Below, in pieces: positions 33,463 to 42,888 of a stretch of DNA of 64,000 bases. Made by a program: the position numbers and the translations under genes. The notes beneath the pieces are model-generated. The model ran no database searches. It had not been told where the DNA came from and saw only the letters and a list, made by a program, of their open reading frames with translations. Every line of letters begins with the position of its first letter. The first letter of the stretch is position 1. The stretch spans positions 43,976 through 107,975 of the IMG/VR virus record IMGVR_UViG_3300013121_000002. One strand, given 5' to 3'. This stretch comes from a virus. Lineage: Duplodnaviria; Heunggongvirae; Uroviricota; Caudoviricetes.

Positions 33463-34740
33463 GTGAGGGGTGCTAGGCTCCCCTCACCTTTCCCCCAAGC
33501 GGATTTGAACGAAATGACGCAGCAAGTCGCGCGAATCGAGAACCTTCCGAAGCTCATCGAACAGGCCGCCAACACGCTGGCGCAAGCCACGAACTACGCG
33601 CAGGTACTCGATGCCCACAAGAAGGCGACTGTGGCCTACGACGCCGCCAAGCTGGCTGCCCGGCTGGCCGACAAGAAAGACGCTTACGACAAGATCATCG
33701 CTGCCTGCCGCAAGGTGCAGGCTGATGCGCTGGTGATCGCGGCGCAGGCTGAAATCCGCCTCGCTGACGAATACGACGCCGCCAAGGCGCGAGGTGAAGT
33801 TGCCGGTCATGGTGGTGGTCGAAATTTCAAGAGGGATAACGCCCCGCTTGAAAAAACAAAGCTCGCAGACATTGGCCTGACCCCGAAGCAGATGAGCGAT
33901 GCCCGCGCCGTCCGTGACGCCGAGAAGGCCGATCCGGGTGTTGTCGAGCGCACCGTGCGCAAGCGCATATCCGAAGGACATGAGCCCACCAAGGCTGCCG
34001 TCAAGCAGGCGGTGAAGGCCACCAACACCCACAAGCCGGTGGAACGCAAGCGCGCCTCCGTAGAGCGCAAGCGCAGCACCCCCGAGCCCGACAAAAAGCA
34101 GGAGCCAAACGTGGCGACCACCTCCGTCAACAACAGAATGAATATCGACCTCACGGTGTGGGCGCGCTTCGTTGAACTTGCAAAGAAACTGAACACGAAC
34201 GCAGCCGATCTGAGCGGTAGGATCGTTACAGAGTTCACCGACAAGGGTGAGCCCGAGATCGACGCGACCACGTTGTCCATGTCGGCACAACAGAAGCTCG
34301 AAACTGCCATCCGCCAGCACAAGCGCAAGCTCGACGAGAGCTTCGCCGAGGCTGTCCGGCTTGCCCTCGTGGCCGAGCGCGACCAATTCCTCGGCGACAC
34401 CATCAAGCGTTTGCAGGAGCGCGAGCGCCACGCCAACGCCGTCCTCCACAACAACGCCGGGATCATGCCGCGTTCCGAGTTCCGGCTGATCCTCGCTGCG
34501 CTGAGCCCGGATTCGCGCCGCAATTTCTCTGACGAAAGGATCGCTGCGGCGTTCAACGCGTTCAAGCAGTACGAACCAATTCTGGTAGCCCGAGCCAAGG
34601 ACGATCCGCTGCCGACAATCACGCCTGCTGATCTGACAGCCATGCGCGCTGCCGCCGAAGCTGCCCGCAAGGCCAAGCGGAAGTCGTCGGCGGAAGCGAA
34701 GGCCAACAAAGCTAACGGCAGCAGCGTTAGTGTGTCCTGA
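33463..34740 (+). CDS. Hypothetical Ala/Lys-rich coiled-coil protein (start possibly at Met 33514)
   Basis: 425-aa ORF. The antisense ORFs in this region are Arg-rich artefacts. Confidence 0.5.
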   Translation: MRGARLPSPFPQADLNEMTQQVARIENLPKLIEQAANTLAQATNYAQVLDAHKKATVAYDAAKLAARLADKKDAYDKIIAACRKVQADALVIAAQAEIRLADEYDAAKARGEVAGHGGGRNFKRDNAPLEKTKLADIGLTPKQMSDARAVRDAEKADPGVVERTVRKRISEGHEPTKAAVKQAVKATNTHKPVERKRASVERKRSTPEPDKKQEPNVATTSVNNRMNIDLTVWARFVELAKKLNTNAADLSGRIVTEFTDKGEPEIDATTLSMSAQQKLETAIRQHKRKLDESFAEAVRLALVAERDQFLGDTIKRLQERERHANAVLHNNAGIMPRSEFRLILAALSPDSRRNFSDERIAAAFNAFKQYEPILVARAKDDPLPTITPADLTAMRAAAEAARKAKRKSSAEAKANKANGSSVSVS

Positions 34741-35051
34741 TGATCTCTATGCGAAACAAAATCCTGACAGTCAAGGTTCGTTACTATTTCTATGAGCTAC
34801 TCAGTGACGCAGCCTTCCTGCGCTTGATGGCCTCAAATTACAACGAAGATTCCGTCACCGGCAATCGCATGTTCGACCGGGCTCGCGCCGTCGATATGAT
34901 AAAAGCACGAGCCAGTGTTGTGGACGACCATTTCACGATGGACACCCGCGAGTGGGACATCTATCGCTGTTTGATTAGGATCGCGCGGTATGAAGGTTTC
35001 ATTACAAAAGTCAAGCACACCGCAGGCCCCAATCCCGGAGTATTTGTTTGA
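34740..35051 (+). CDS. Hypothetical protein in a lower-GC moron-like segment
   Basis: 103 aa. Local GC is clearly lower than its surroundings and it has unusual Tyr/Phe-rich composition. Confidence 0.45.
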   Translation: MISMRNKILTVKVRYYFYELLSDAAFLRLMASNYNEDSVTGNRMFDRARAVDMIKARASVVDDHFTMDTREWDIYRCLIRIARYEGFITKVKHTAGPNPGVFV

Positions 35052-35084
35052 ACCCGAAGTCGGAGTTATCCCGGATAACTCCAT

Positions 35085-35275
35085 CTAGCCACACATCCCG
35101 TTCGAGCCGCGCTGGCCCCATGCGATGTCGGTGAGGTCGCCGACCGGCACCAACGGCACGAGGTCGGCGCACTCGACGGCAATCATTTCCGGCACGCCTA
35201 GCTCAAGATCGGGCTCCGGGGCAAAGTACCAATCGTCGTCAGCACCCCAATGGTTCCAGTGATCCAGATCGGTCA
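35085..35275 (-). CDS. Small acidic Trp-rich protein (start MTDLDHWNHW)
   Basis: RBS GGAGCTAACGAAATG. The track ORF 35085..35387 extends upstream, but the N-terminal part is unlikely. Confidence 0.4.
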
Positions 35276-35280
35276 TTTCG

Positions 35281-35520
35281 TTAGCTCCTTGAGTGCTGCC
35301 TGATCCATTCCTTGGCGGCCACCGGGTCAGCAACCACCGCGACAACTCGTTGGGGCGGAATCTTGGCACGGATGGCGATCCTACCATCAGGCTGCTTCTC
35401 CGTCAGGAACCAGCGGTGCTCCTTCGCCATCCGCTGCATTTCGTTATCTTCCCGCTGCCGGTGTTTCTGTTCCAGCGGCTGCATCTTCCGTGCTCGACGC
35501 TTGCTAATGATCTGCGACAA
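35281..35520 (-). CDS. Hypothetical basic protein
   Basis: 79-aa ORF, Arg/Gln-rich. Confidence 0.4.
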   Translation of the reverse strand: MSQIISKRRARKMQPLEQKHRQREDNEMQRMAKEHRWFLTEKQPDGRIAIRAKIPPQRVVAVVADPVAAKEWIRQHSRS

Positions 35521-36267
35521 CTCCCCACCTCAACTGCTGGTAGCAACCCTAGCGTGTGATAGCTAGGAACCTTTGGTTTTGCACGCCCTCGCGCCCCTCC
35601 GGGTCGCTCGTTCTCTGGCAGCATCACTCACTCGACGCCCTGCGGGCGCTCGTTCGCTGGATCAAGGGGTAGGATGAAGTAGAGCACACTGACGGCCCGT
35701 TAGGGGCCGTCAGGTGTTGCGTAGGGTATAGGAAGTTAGCGTCCCACGATTGGATTGTCGGACTGTTCCCGGTGCGAAATGAATGCTCTGTGGGAACACG
35801 AGGGCGGTTAGGCTGAATACCCCCTACCGATGCTGATCTTCTAGCGCCACCCCAAGCCTGCGAATCCAACCACAGGATCAGGGCTCTCGGGCTCATTTAA
35901 GCCGAGGTCATTTGGTGTGCTGCCATGCTCTTGGCGGTATTCCGGGAGTTCCCCACCCGCCTTGAAGCGGTGACGACCGGAGCGCAACAGGGCGCGAGCT
36001 ATGTTGCCGCGCCGGACTTGCAAGGTGGGGGTGCTTTGCCCTATTTTCAGGGCTCTACACCGCGCTCCTCGGCAAAGGACTTCGCGGTCTTTCGGCCCAC
36101 GGTTTCGCGACCGTGGGCCGAGTCATTTCTGGCACAGCCCGATCCCGGTTGGCAAGAAGGCTCCGCGCAGGCCGCCAGAAGGCCCGTAGGACGCCAGAGC
36201 GCGGATTGAGCCCTACAGCCCAGTGCTGCTACTCTCCCGGCCCTGTAGGAGGCCGTAGGGACCAACG
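35521..36267. promoter_or_regulatory. About 740-bp ORF-free, hairpin-rich divergent intergenic region (leader of the NusG-like operon, possible ncRNA)
   Basis: No credible ORF on either strand. Hairpins include GACGGCCC-GUUA-GGGCCGUC and CACGGU-UUCGCG-ACCGUG. Confidence 0.35.
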
Positions 36268-36795
36268 ATGATCGAGCGGCGGCGACCCAGCCGATGGATC
36301 GTGTGCAGCACGCAGCCGCAGCGTGAGCGTTGGGCTGCCGACAACGCCCAGCGCCAAGGCTACGACACCTACCTGCCCATGATCCGCACCGAGGTCGTCG
36401 AGCGCGGCGTCGCCTCGCTCCGGGTCCGGCCGCTGTTCCCGCGCTACCTGTTCGTCCACATCACCAATGAGCAATGGCGCTCGCTGACCGGCACGTTCGG
36501 CGTGGCGTCGATCATCATGGGCGACAACGGTCGCCCTGCCACGCTGCCCGAGATCGCCATCGACCAGCTAAGGGCGCGCGAGCGCGACGGATACGTCGTG
36601 CTGCCCCGCGCCGAGGAGATCGCCCTGACGCCCGGACAGGCCGTCCGGGTGCTCGCCGGGCCGTTCGAGGGTACGGTCGGCGTGTACGTCGGCATGGGGC
36701 CTGCGGAGCGCGAGCGCGTGCTGCTGGACCTGCTCGGCCGCAAAACGACCGTGCTCGTCAGCCCGGACAACATCGCAGGGGAGAATGACACATGA
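36268..36795 (+). CDS. NusG/RfaH-family transcription antiterminator-like protein (NGN + KOW)
   Basis: NGN-like N-domain: WIVCSTQPQRERWAADNAQRQGYDTYLPMI...PLFPRYLFV. KOW-like C-domain: LTPGQAVRVLAGPFEGTVGVYVGM. Confidence 0.55.
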   Translation: MIERRRPSRWIVCSTQPQRERWAADNAQRQGYDTYLPMIRTEVVERGVASLRVRPLFPRYLFVHITNEQWRSLTGTFGVASIIMGDNGRPATLPEIAIDQLRARERDGYVVLPRAEEIALTPGQAVRVLAGPFEGTVGVYVGMGPAERERVLLDLLGRKTTVLVSPDNIAGENDT

Positions 36796-37160
36796 CGCTG
36801 TTCGTCGCCGGGGATTTCAAATCCCACTCGGGATTGATCCTGCACGAGAAGATCGAATGCGACGCGCTGACCCCGGCCGACCTCGATTGCCTTGCGCAAA
36901 TCATTCACCGCCATGCGTGGCCGTGGTCCCGTGCAATCGGCATTCCGTTTGGTGGGGTGCCGCTGGCGACGGTCCTGAACCTACGCTACAAGCGGTCGGA
37001 CGATGCTCCGGTGCTCGTCGTCGATGACGTACTGACCACCGGGAAATCGCTGATCGAGGCCATGGGGCAATATGCAAATGCCACCGGGTTTGTTATCTTC
37101 GACCGCTCGGGCAAACCATTGCCGCCCGGCGTGAAGGCGATCTTCACCATGATCGCCTAA
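36792..37160 (+). CDS. Small type-I phosphoribosyltransferase (PRTase) domain protein
   Basis: PRPP-binding motif VLVVDDVLTTGKSL. Confidence 0.6.
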   Translation: MTLFVAGDFKSHSGLILHEKIECDALTPADLDCLAQIIHRHAWPWSRAIGIPFGGVPLATVLNLRYKRSDDAPVLVVDDVLTTGKSLIEAMGQYANATGFVIFDRSGKPLPPGVKAIFTMIA

Positions 37161-37181
37161 ACCAAATGAGATCGTTTCGCC

Positions 37182-38000
37182 TTGAAGTTCGACAACTCCC
37201 TGTTCCTGACCCGCGAGGTCGAACGTGACCTCCTCGTGCGCGCCAAGGCAGGAGATCGGGCGGCGCGCGACCGGCTGGTTCTCGCCCATCGGCCGCAGGT
37301 GATTGGCGCGGCGCGCAAGTTTGCCCGCGTCTACCCCACCATCGACATCGACGATCTCATATCCGAGGGGAACATCGGGTTGATGGCGGCGATCCGGTCA
37401 TTCGACATGGAACAGACCGTGCGCTTCGCGACCTACGCCGTGTACCACATCGGCAACCGGGTCCGGGATTTCATCCTCCGCAACGCAGCGCACGGCGTCA
37501 GCTTCGCGGGCACCACGGCGACGCGGGCGCTGTTTTTCAAATCGCGGATGCTGCTGATGAATGAGTCGGCATCGGGTCGGCCGCTCGCTGAGCAATATCA
37601 GCGGGTCGCTAACAAGCTCGGCGTCACGGTGCGACAGCTAACCGACTTCCTGAACTTCGGCACGTCGTCGCTCGACGCCCCACCACCGGGTGGCACCGGG
37701 GAAGCTGCTCTTTCCTCGGTCGGTGAACTGCTCGTCGATGCAACGGCACCCGACCCGGAGGAGCACACTGACGAGAGCCAGCGGGCGAAGCTGTTGCACG
37801 ACGCTCTGAACCGGCTGGAGCCGCGCGACCGGCTGGTGCTGATCTCGCGCTTCATGAACAACGAGACGCTGGAAGGTGCCGCCGCCACCCTGAAGGTGAC
37901 GCGCGAACGCGTGCGCCAGATCGAGAGTCGGGCACTGCGGCGACTGAAGGATTTGCTGATTGATTTGCAGCCGGAACCGGAACGCACCGCGGCCGAATAA
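37182..38000 (+). CDS. Sigma-70 family RNA polymerase sigma factor
   Basis: Region 2: DDLISEGNIGLMAAIRSFD. Region 4 HTH: TLEGAAATLKVTRERVRQIESRALRRLK. Confidence 0.8.
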   Translation: MKFDNSLFLTREVERDLLVRAKAGDRAARDRLVLAHRPQVIGAARKFARVYPTIDIDDLISEGNIGLMAAIRSFDMEQTVRFATYAVYHIGNRVRDFILRNAAHGVSFAGTTATRALFFKSRMLLMNESASGRPLAEQYQRVANKLGVTVRQLTDFLNFGTSSLDAPPPGGTGEAALSSVGELLVDATAPDPEEHTDESQRAKLLHDALNRLEPRDRLVLISRFMNNETLEGAAATLKVTRERVRQIESRALRRLKDLLIDLQPEPERTAAE

Positions 38001-38239
38001 AGGTTGTGCCGGGTTACTCGGGACGGGACACCGGCGCTCCGTGTAGGAGAAGTTCCCATAGCTAACAAAGGGAAGCCGGTCTGGCTGTAGCAGAAGCGCA
38101 CCGGCCCCGTATGCGCCGGAAATTGCTTCTCCAATTCAAAAAGTCAATAGGTTAGGTGTTGACGATCAGCAACACCCGGTACTAGATGTGGCTGTCGGAT
38201 CATACGCAGGGTCCGACTGGGCACGGCGACCACAGGGGA

Positions 38240-38272
38240 GGGGCGGGAACCAGTTTCCCGCCCCTTTCGTTT
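38240..38272 (+). terminator. Rho-independent terminator
   Basis: GGGGCGGGAA-CCAG-UUUCCCGCCCC followed by UUUCGUUU. Confidence 0.55.
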
Positions 38273-40208
38273 AGAGGTCGATGATCGACCCGGACGGCGT
38301 CTTGCGGATGGTCGTGACCGACTTGAACCGTTGCGTTTCCGGCGTCTGGTGGTCGATGAGGAAAACCTGCCGAGCCAGCCGCTCGGCTCGATCCGCCAGC
38401 AGTTCAATAAGATCGGCAATCCCCTCCTCGGACAGCCCGCGCGTCGGCTCGTCGAAGATTTCGAGGTTGACCGTCACCCCGGCGTAATTGAGCAGCACTT
38501 CGCTCAACGCCATCGCGCCGACGAGACGCAGCCGCTGACCCTCGCCGCCGCTGAATGCGTCAAGGGGCACAGAGCGTCGGCCCTGTGCCCCTACCACACC
38601 ACGCCGTGCCATGCCGTACCCCGCCGTACCTTGGCGTGTCTCGCCCGGCCTCACCACGTCGATCTCATATGGGGTAATGCTTACGTTAATACCACGTTGG
38701 ATCGAACCAGAGGCCGTCTCGCGCTCGACCGCATACTCGATCTGCCAACCAAGCAGGCCGACACTCTCCAGCACCGAGTTCGTCGTCATCGTCAACTGAG
38801 CCAACACATCCTCCATGATGAACAGGCGCACGTCCTTGAAGCCTTTGACCCAAAACCGGGTCCGGGCGATCCGCTGCTCCAGTTTCGCCAGTTCGTCGTT
38901 CGCCGCATCGATCTTGTCGTCGAGCCCGGCGAGCTTCTGCTTGAGCGTGACGATCTGCGTCTGGTGAGGATTGGTTTCCTTCTCGGCCGCTTCGATCTGC
39001 CGGGTCAAAGCCGCGACTTCGCCTTGCAGATTGACATGGTGCGGCCGGGCGACGTTGAGTTGCGTCAGCGCCGCCGCCTCGGCGTCGAGGTACTGGCGAT
39101 TGGCCTCCTCGATCCGGTCGAGCACCTTATGCGCCGCACGGTGGTCGGCGTCGAGCGAATCGAGCGACGCCGTCAGCTTAACGATCTCCTCCTCCACCTC
39201 CGCGCGCTGCCGATGCAGTTCGTCCCGGTGCTTGGACAAGTCCGCCTTCTTGGTCGGCTGGCCGCAGGTTGGACACGTCCCGCCCGCCTTGAGCCCGGCG
39301 ATCTCGCGGTCGAGGCGTTTCATGTCGGACTTCATTCCGGCGAGCTTCACGTCGGCGCGGTCGTGCTCCGAACGCGCATCGCTGAGCAAGCCGCGGTATT
39401 TGGTGATGTCATCCCGCGTCGTCTTGAGTTGCAGCCCGGCGCTTTCCAGCGCGAGTTCGGCGTCGGCGACGCGGCGGTCGAGCTTGGCCAGTTCCTCCCG
39501 TGCCGCCACGAGCCGCGTGTTGAAGCCGTCGAGCCGGGCGGCGTGTTTCTCCTGCCACGCGGTGCTGTCCTCGCGCGCCGTGTCCAGCAGCGATTGTAGC
39601 TGACGCTGCGTGCCCTTCAGTCCGGTAAGCTCACCCTCAACCGTTGCCCGGTCATGGTCGAGGTTGGTGGCGACCCGGCTGGCCGTTGCCGACAGCGCAT
39701 CCCAGCGGTCGAGTTGCAGCACCTCGCTGAACAGTTCCATCTTCTCGCGCGGCTGGAGATCGAAGAACAGCGGGCGACCCTGACCAAACAGGATTGCGTG
39801 CGAGAACAGGTCGAAGCTCAGGCCGATGGTGGCTGCCGCATCGACCGCCGAATCCTTACCGTTGATAGTGAATGAATTGGGGTTCGAGCACCGTTCGAAC
39901 GTGACGTGCTCGCCGTCGATCTCGACCAGCACCATGACACGCGAGGATTTGCCCTGCGCGCTGTCCCGCGGCTTCACGTCAGGGTTCTTGAGCCCGGAGA
40001 TCGTCTTGCCGTACAGGCACCACGTCAGCGCGTTCCAGATGGTTGATTTGCCGGAACCGTTCGCGCCGAGTCGCGGCTCGACCTCGTTGATGCCGCGGAT
40101 GAAGTGAAGGCCGCCGCGCTCGTCGTCCGGCTCGATCTGAAAGGTATGCGGCCCGACACCAAACGATCCGAAGCTGGCAAGCTCGATCTTAATGAAATGA
40201 ATCTCCAC
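38271..40208 (-). CDS. SbcC/Rad50-like ATPase
   Basis: Walker A GANGSGKST. Long coiled coils with a CPTCGQP zinc hook. ABC signature/D-loop FSGGEGQRLRLVGAMAL...IFDEP. Confidence 0.75.
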   Translation of the reverse strand: MEIHFIKIELASFGSFGVGPHTFQIEPDDERGGLHFIRGINEVEPRLGANGSGKSTIWNALTWCLYGKTISGLKNPDVKPRDSAQGKSSRVMVLVEIDGEHVTFERCSNPNSFTINGKDSAVDAAATIGLSFDLFSHAILFGQGRPLFFDLQPREKMELFSEVLQLDRWDALSATASRVATNLDHDRATVEGELTGLKGTQRQLQSLLDTAREDSTAWQEKHAARLDGFNTRLVAAREELAKLDRRVADAELALESAGLQLKTTRDDITKYRGLLSDARSEHDRADVKLAGMKSDMKRLDREIAGLKAGGTCPTCGQPTKKADLSKHRDELHRQRAEVEEEIVKLTASLDSLDADHRAAHKVLDRIEEANRQYLDAEAAALTQLNVARPHHVNLQGEVAALTRQIEAAEKETNPHQTQIVTLKQKLAGLDDKIDAANDELAKLEQRIARTRFWVKGFKDVRLFIMEDVLAQLTMTTNSVLESVGLLGWQIEYAVERETASGSIQRGINVSITPYEIDVVRPGETRQGTAGYGMARRGVVGAQGRRSVPLDAFSGGEGQRLRLVGAMALSEVLLNYAGVTVNLEIFDEPTRGLSEEGIADLIELLADRAERLARQVFLIDHQTPETQRFKSVTTIRKTPSGSIIDL

Positions 40209-40209
40209 C

Positions 40210-41208
40210 TTACCGCTCCTCAGACATCAGCCAGCGACCAGTCTTGACCGTGCGCTCATCAACGCCGCGCGCCGTCGCGTAAGCCGCCATGAGTTCGTCG
40301 TCGGTCTGGCGTTCTTTCAGCTTGGGAGCGATGGCAGCCGCGGGCTGCTGGATGACCGGCTTGACGATGTTGAGGTTGACCCCGACCCCGACGCCCCACT
40401 CGCGCACGGCGGTCGAGAGCTTGACCCAGTCGTCGTACTGGTGAGCTTCAAGCTCGACCTCGACCTTGACGATGTCGCCCTTGGCAACCTCGACACGCGA
40501 CAGGTCTTTGAGGCTGGTGATCCTGACGAGGCGCTTCTGCGGCCCGGCGACCCGGATCGAGTGCGCCTGATTGCCGACGAGCTTGAGCACGCGCGGTCGA
40601 TAACGATCTCCAAAATCGACGAGGTAGGGTGCGCCGACATAGGTGACGTGCCCGATGGTGTGCGGGACGTGAATGTCGCCGCTGATGATCTCGACACTCG
40701 GCGGAAACCATTCCTCCGGGTCGATGCCGCCGAGCCGGATGCCGGGCGCGGCCTGCGCCGCCTTGAACGTGTTGTGGGTCAGCACCCAATCGAACGGTTT
40801 GAAGTTGATGCCCTGCCAGTCCCGCTCCGGGTCAGTGGTGTTGGGCAGGAGCATGGTCGGGCCGATGACCGAGCGCAGGGTAGTCGCGTCGGTCGGCTCA
40901 TTGATCCATGACACATAGGGCATGTAGCGCAGGAAGCGAAAGAAAGGCTCGTCCGGGTCGGTGTAGTCGTGATTGCCGCGAATAATGATTACGGGGCACA
41001 GTTTGGTCAGCGTGTGGATGTGCTCGGCAATCTGATTGACCAGCCGAGCTTCGTGGTTGTTCTTGACTTCGGTCAGGTCACCGAGGATGACAACCGCATC
41101 GGCACGCTCATTGCGAACGATCTCGCGGAACTGATTCTGGAAATCATGGCGGTACTGGTCGCGCGAATTGTCCGAGAAATGCCAGTCAGCCGAAATGATA
41201 ACACTCAC
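40210..41208 (-). CDS. SbcD/Mre11-like calcineurin-type phosphoesterase nuclease
   Basis: Motifs ADWHF, ILGDLTE and GNHDY. Confidence 0.8.
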   Translation of the reverse strand: MSVIISADWHFSDNSRDQYRHDFQNQFREIVRNERADAVVILGDLTEVKNNHEARLVNQIAEHIHTLTKLCPVIIIRGNHDYTDPDEPFFRFLRYMPYVSWINEPTDATTLRSVIGPTMLLPNTTDPERDWQGINFKPFDWVLTHNTFKAAQAAPGIRLGGIDPEEWFPPSVEIISGDIHVPHTIGHVTYVGAPYLVDFGDRYRPRVLKLVGNQAHSIRVAGPQKRLVRITSLKDLSRVEVAKGDIVKVEVELEAHQYDDWVKLSTAVREWGVGVGVNLNIVKPVIQQPAAAIAPKLKERQTDDELMAAYATARGVDERTVKTGRWLMSEER

Positions 41209-41498
41209 CTCGATCTCCTCCTCTTGGTGGTTGGCTCCGGGACGAGCCGCTTGCGCACGATTGGTTTAGCCAAGTCCTTGATGCGCTGCCAGTCAGCATC
41301 ACGCATCCGCCGCCCGCGCTGTTCCCACGCCTTTTTCAGCGCCTCCTCTGGGCTCGCCCCCTCGCCGTAGGTCGTTGAGAAATCATCGAAAGGCCGCAGC
41401 GCAGCGTGCCAGCGCGTCGTAGTGGATTGAAACAATGAGGAAACCAGCCACTTCCCAGCGTTGATTTCGCGAATGAGTTCAATCATGGTGCTCGCCAC
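41205..41498 (-). CDS. Hypothetical protein
   Basis: 97-aa ORF overlapping the start of the SbcD-like gene. Confidence 0.4.
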   Translation of the reverse strand: MASTMIELIREINAGKWLVSSLFQSTTTRWHAALRPFDDFSTTYGEGASPEEALKKAWEQRGRRMRDADWQRIKDLAKPIVRKRLVPEPTTKRRRSR

Positions 41499-41525
41499 CG
41501 CTCAAAACCGTCCAAGAGGGATCGA

Positions 41526-42131
41526 ATGCTCGCCGACCACCAGATCGCCGCCCGCTGCCAGCCGGACCACCCGAATGGGCCAATGATCCAGCCTTTCAAC
41601 CCTGAACAGGTTCGCGAGGTTAGGGATCACAACGCGATCCTAGCCAGTCCGCCGAGTAAGGTCATCAGCTATGGCCTCAGTTCCTACGGCTACGACATCC
41701 GGGTCGGCCACAAGTTCCGAATCTTCACCGACCTGTTCTCTGCCATCGTCGATCCGAAGGCTTTCGACACGAAAGCCTACATCGAAACCGAGGTGGATAA
41801 AGCAATCCTGATCCCGCCAAATTCGTTTGCTCTGGCAGAGAGCATCGAAACATTCAACATCCACCGTGACTTGATAACGATTTGCCTCGGCAAATCCACC
41901 TACGCCCGTTGCGGGGTGATCGTCAACGTCACGCCATTTGAACCCGAATGGCGCGGCACTGCCACCATCGAGATCAGCAACATGACCCCGGTGCCAGTGA
42001 TGATCTATGCGGGCGAAGGGATAGCGCAGGTGCTGTTCGACCGGGGCGACGCGGTTTGCGCCACGTCTTACGCCGACCGGAACGGGCGCTATCAGGATCA
42101 GCGCGGCATCACCAACCCAACCGTGGGATAA
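41526..42131 (+). CDS. dcd: dCTP deaminase / dUTPase-superfamily protein
   Basis: SYGYDIRVG motif, and [42 protein letters not shown]. Confidence 0.7.
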   Translation: MLADHQIAARCQPDHPNGPMIQPFNPEQVREVRDHNAILASPPSKVISYGLSSYGYDIRVGHKFRIFTDLFSAIVDPKAFDTKAYIETEVDKAILIPPNSFALAESIETFNIHRDLITICLGKSTYARCGVIVNVTPFEPEWRGTATIEISNMTPVPVMIYAGEGIAQVLFDRGDAVCATSYADRNGRYQDQRGITNPTVG

Positions 42132-42138
42132 CACCATC

Positions 42139-42645
42139 ATGTGGTTCATTATTGGCTTCGTCCTGAGCTTCGCCGTCAGCTACTACGTTCTGACCGTTAT
42201 GGCGAAACGTCGTAAGCAGGCATGGCCGACCGCGCCGAGGCCGCGGACCCGACCCACACCTGTCCCGGACAACACGGCGCGAATGCCCCGCCCCAATCGG
42301 CCGCGCGCCGAATCAGTGCGGCGGCGCGACGACGACGATACGACCGCCGTAACCATCGCTGACGAATTTGATGCTGGTCCAGTTTCCGCCCGTCGCTCAC
42401 CCGATCCGTTCCATACGGGAAGGATGCGTGACGACAGTGAAAACCCGGCTCGGGGTTTTGCCACAGGCGGTCGGATGACCGACGACGAACCACGCGGTTT
42501 CGTTACAGGCGGTCGAATGCGCGACGCCGATCCCACACCCTCGCATCATCATAGTCACCACCACAGCCATGACAGCGGCGGTGACAGCGGTGGCAGTAGC
42601 GGTAGCGACAGTGGTAGTGGTGGCGGCGGGGGTGGTGGCGATTGA
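42139..42645 (+). CDS. Membrane-anchored low-complexity protein with His-rich and Gly/Ser-rich tail
   Basis: N-terminal TM segment MWFIIGFVLSFAVSYYVLTV. Repeats GFATGGRMTDDEPRGFVTGGRMRD. HHHSHHHSH. Confidence 0.45.
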   Translation: MWFIIGFVLSFAVSYYVLTVMAKRRKQAWPTAPRPRTRPTPVPDNTARMPRPNRPRAESVRRRDDDDTTAVTIADEFDAGPVSARRSPDPFHTGRMRDDSENPARGFATGGRMTDDEPRGFVTGGRMRDADPTPSHHHSHHHSHDSGGDSGGSSGSDSGSGGGGGGGD

Positions 42646-42851
42646 CGTATGACGTTGAACACCGCGTATGGGCGCTCAACGAGATCGCTCTTGGTCAGGT
42701 GCAACTGCTCGCGTCGGCGCTGATCGCTGAACTGCTCACCGAGGGGTTGATTATTCGGCGACCCGGTATCAACTACAACGTCGCCTCGGCATTCACCCTC
42801 ACACCACACGGAACTGAGTGGCTTGCCAAGCACCAGACCAATCCGATATAG
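42642..42851 (+). CDS. Hypothetical protein
   Basis: 69-aa ORF. Confidence 0.35.
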   Translation: MTYDVEHRVWALNEIALGQVQLLASALIAELLTEGLIIRRPGINYNVASAFTLTPHGTEWLAKHQTNPI

Positions 42852-42888
42852 GGTCTGAAACTTAAATCAAAGCCGCAGGGGAGCTACC

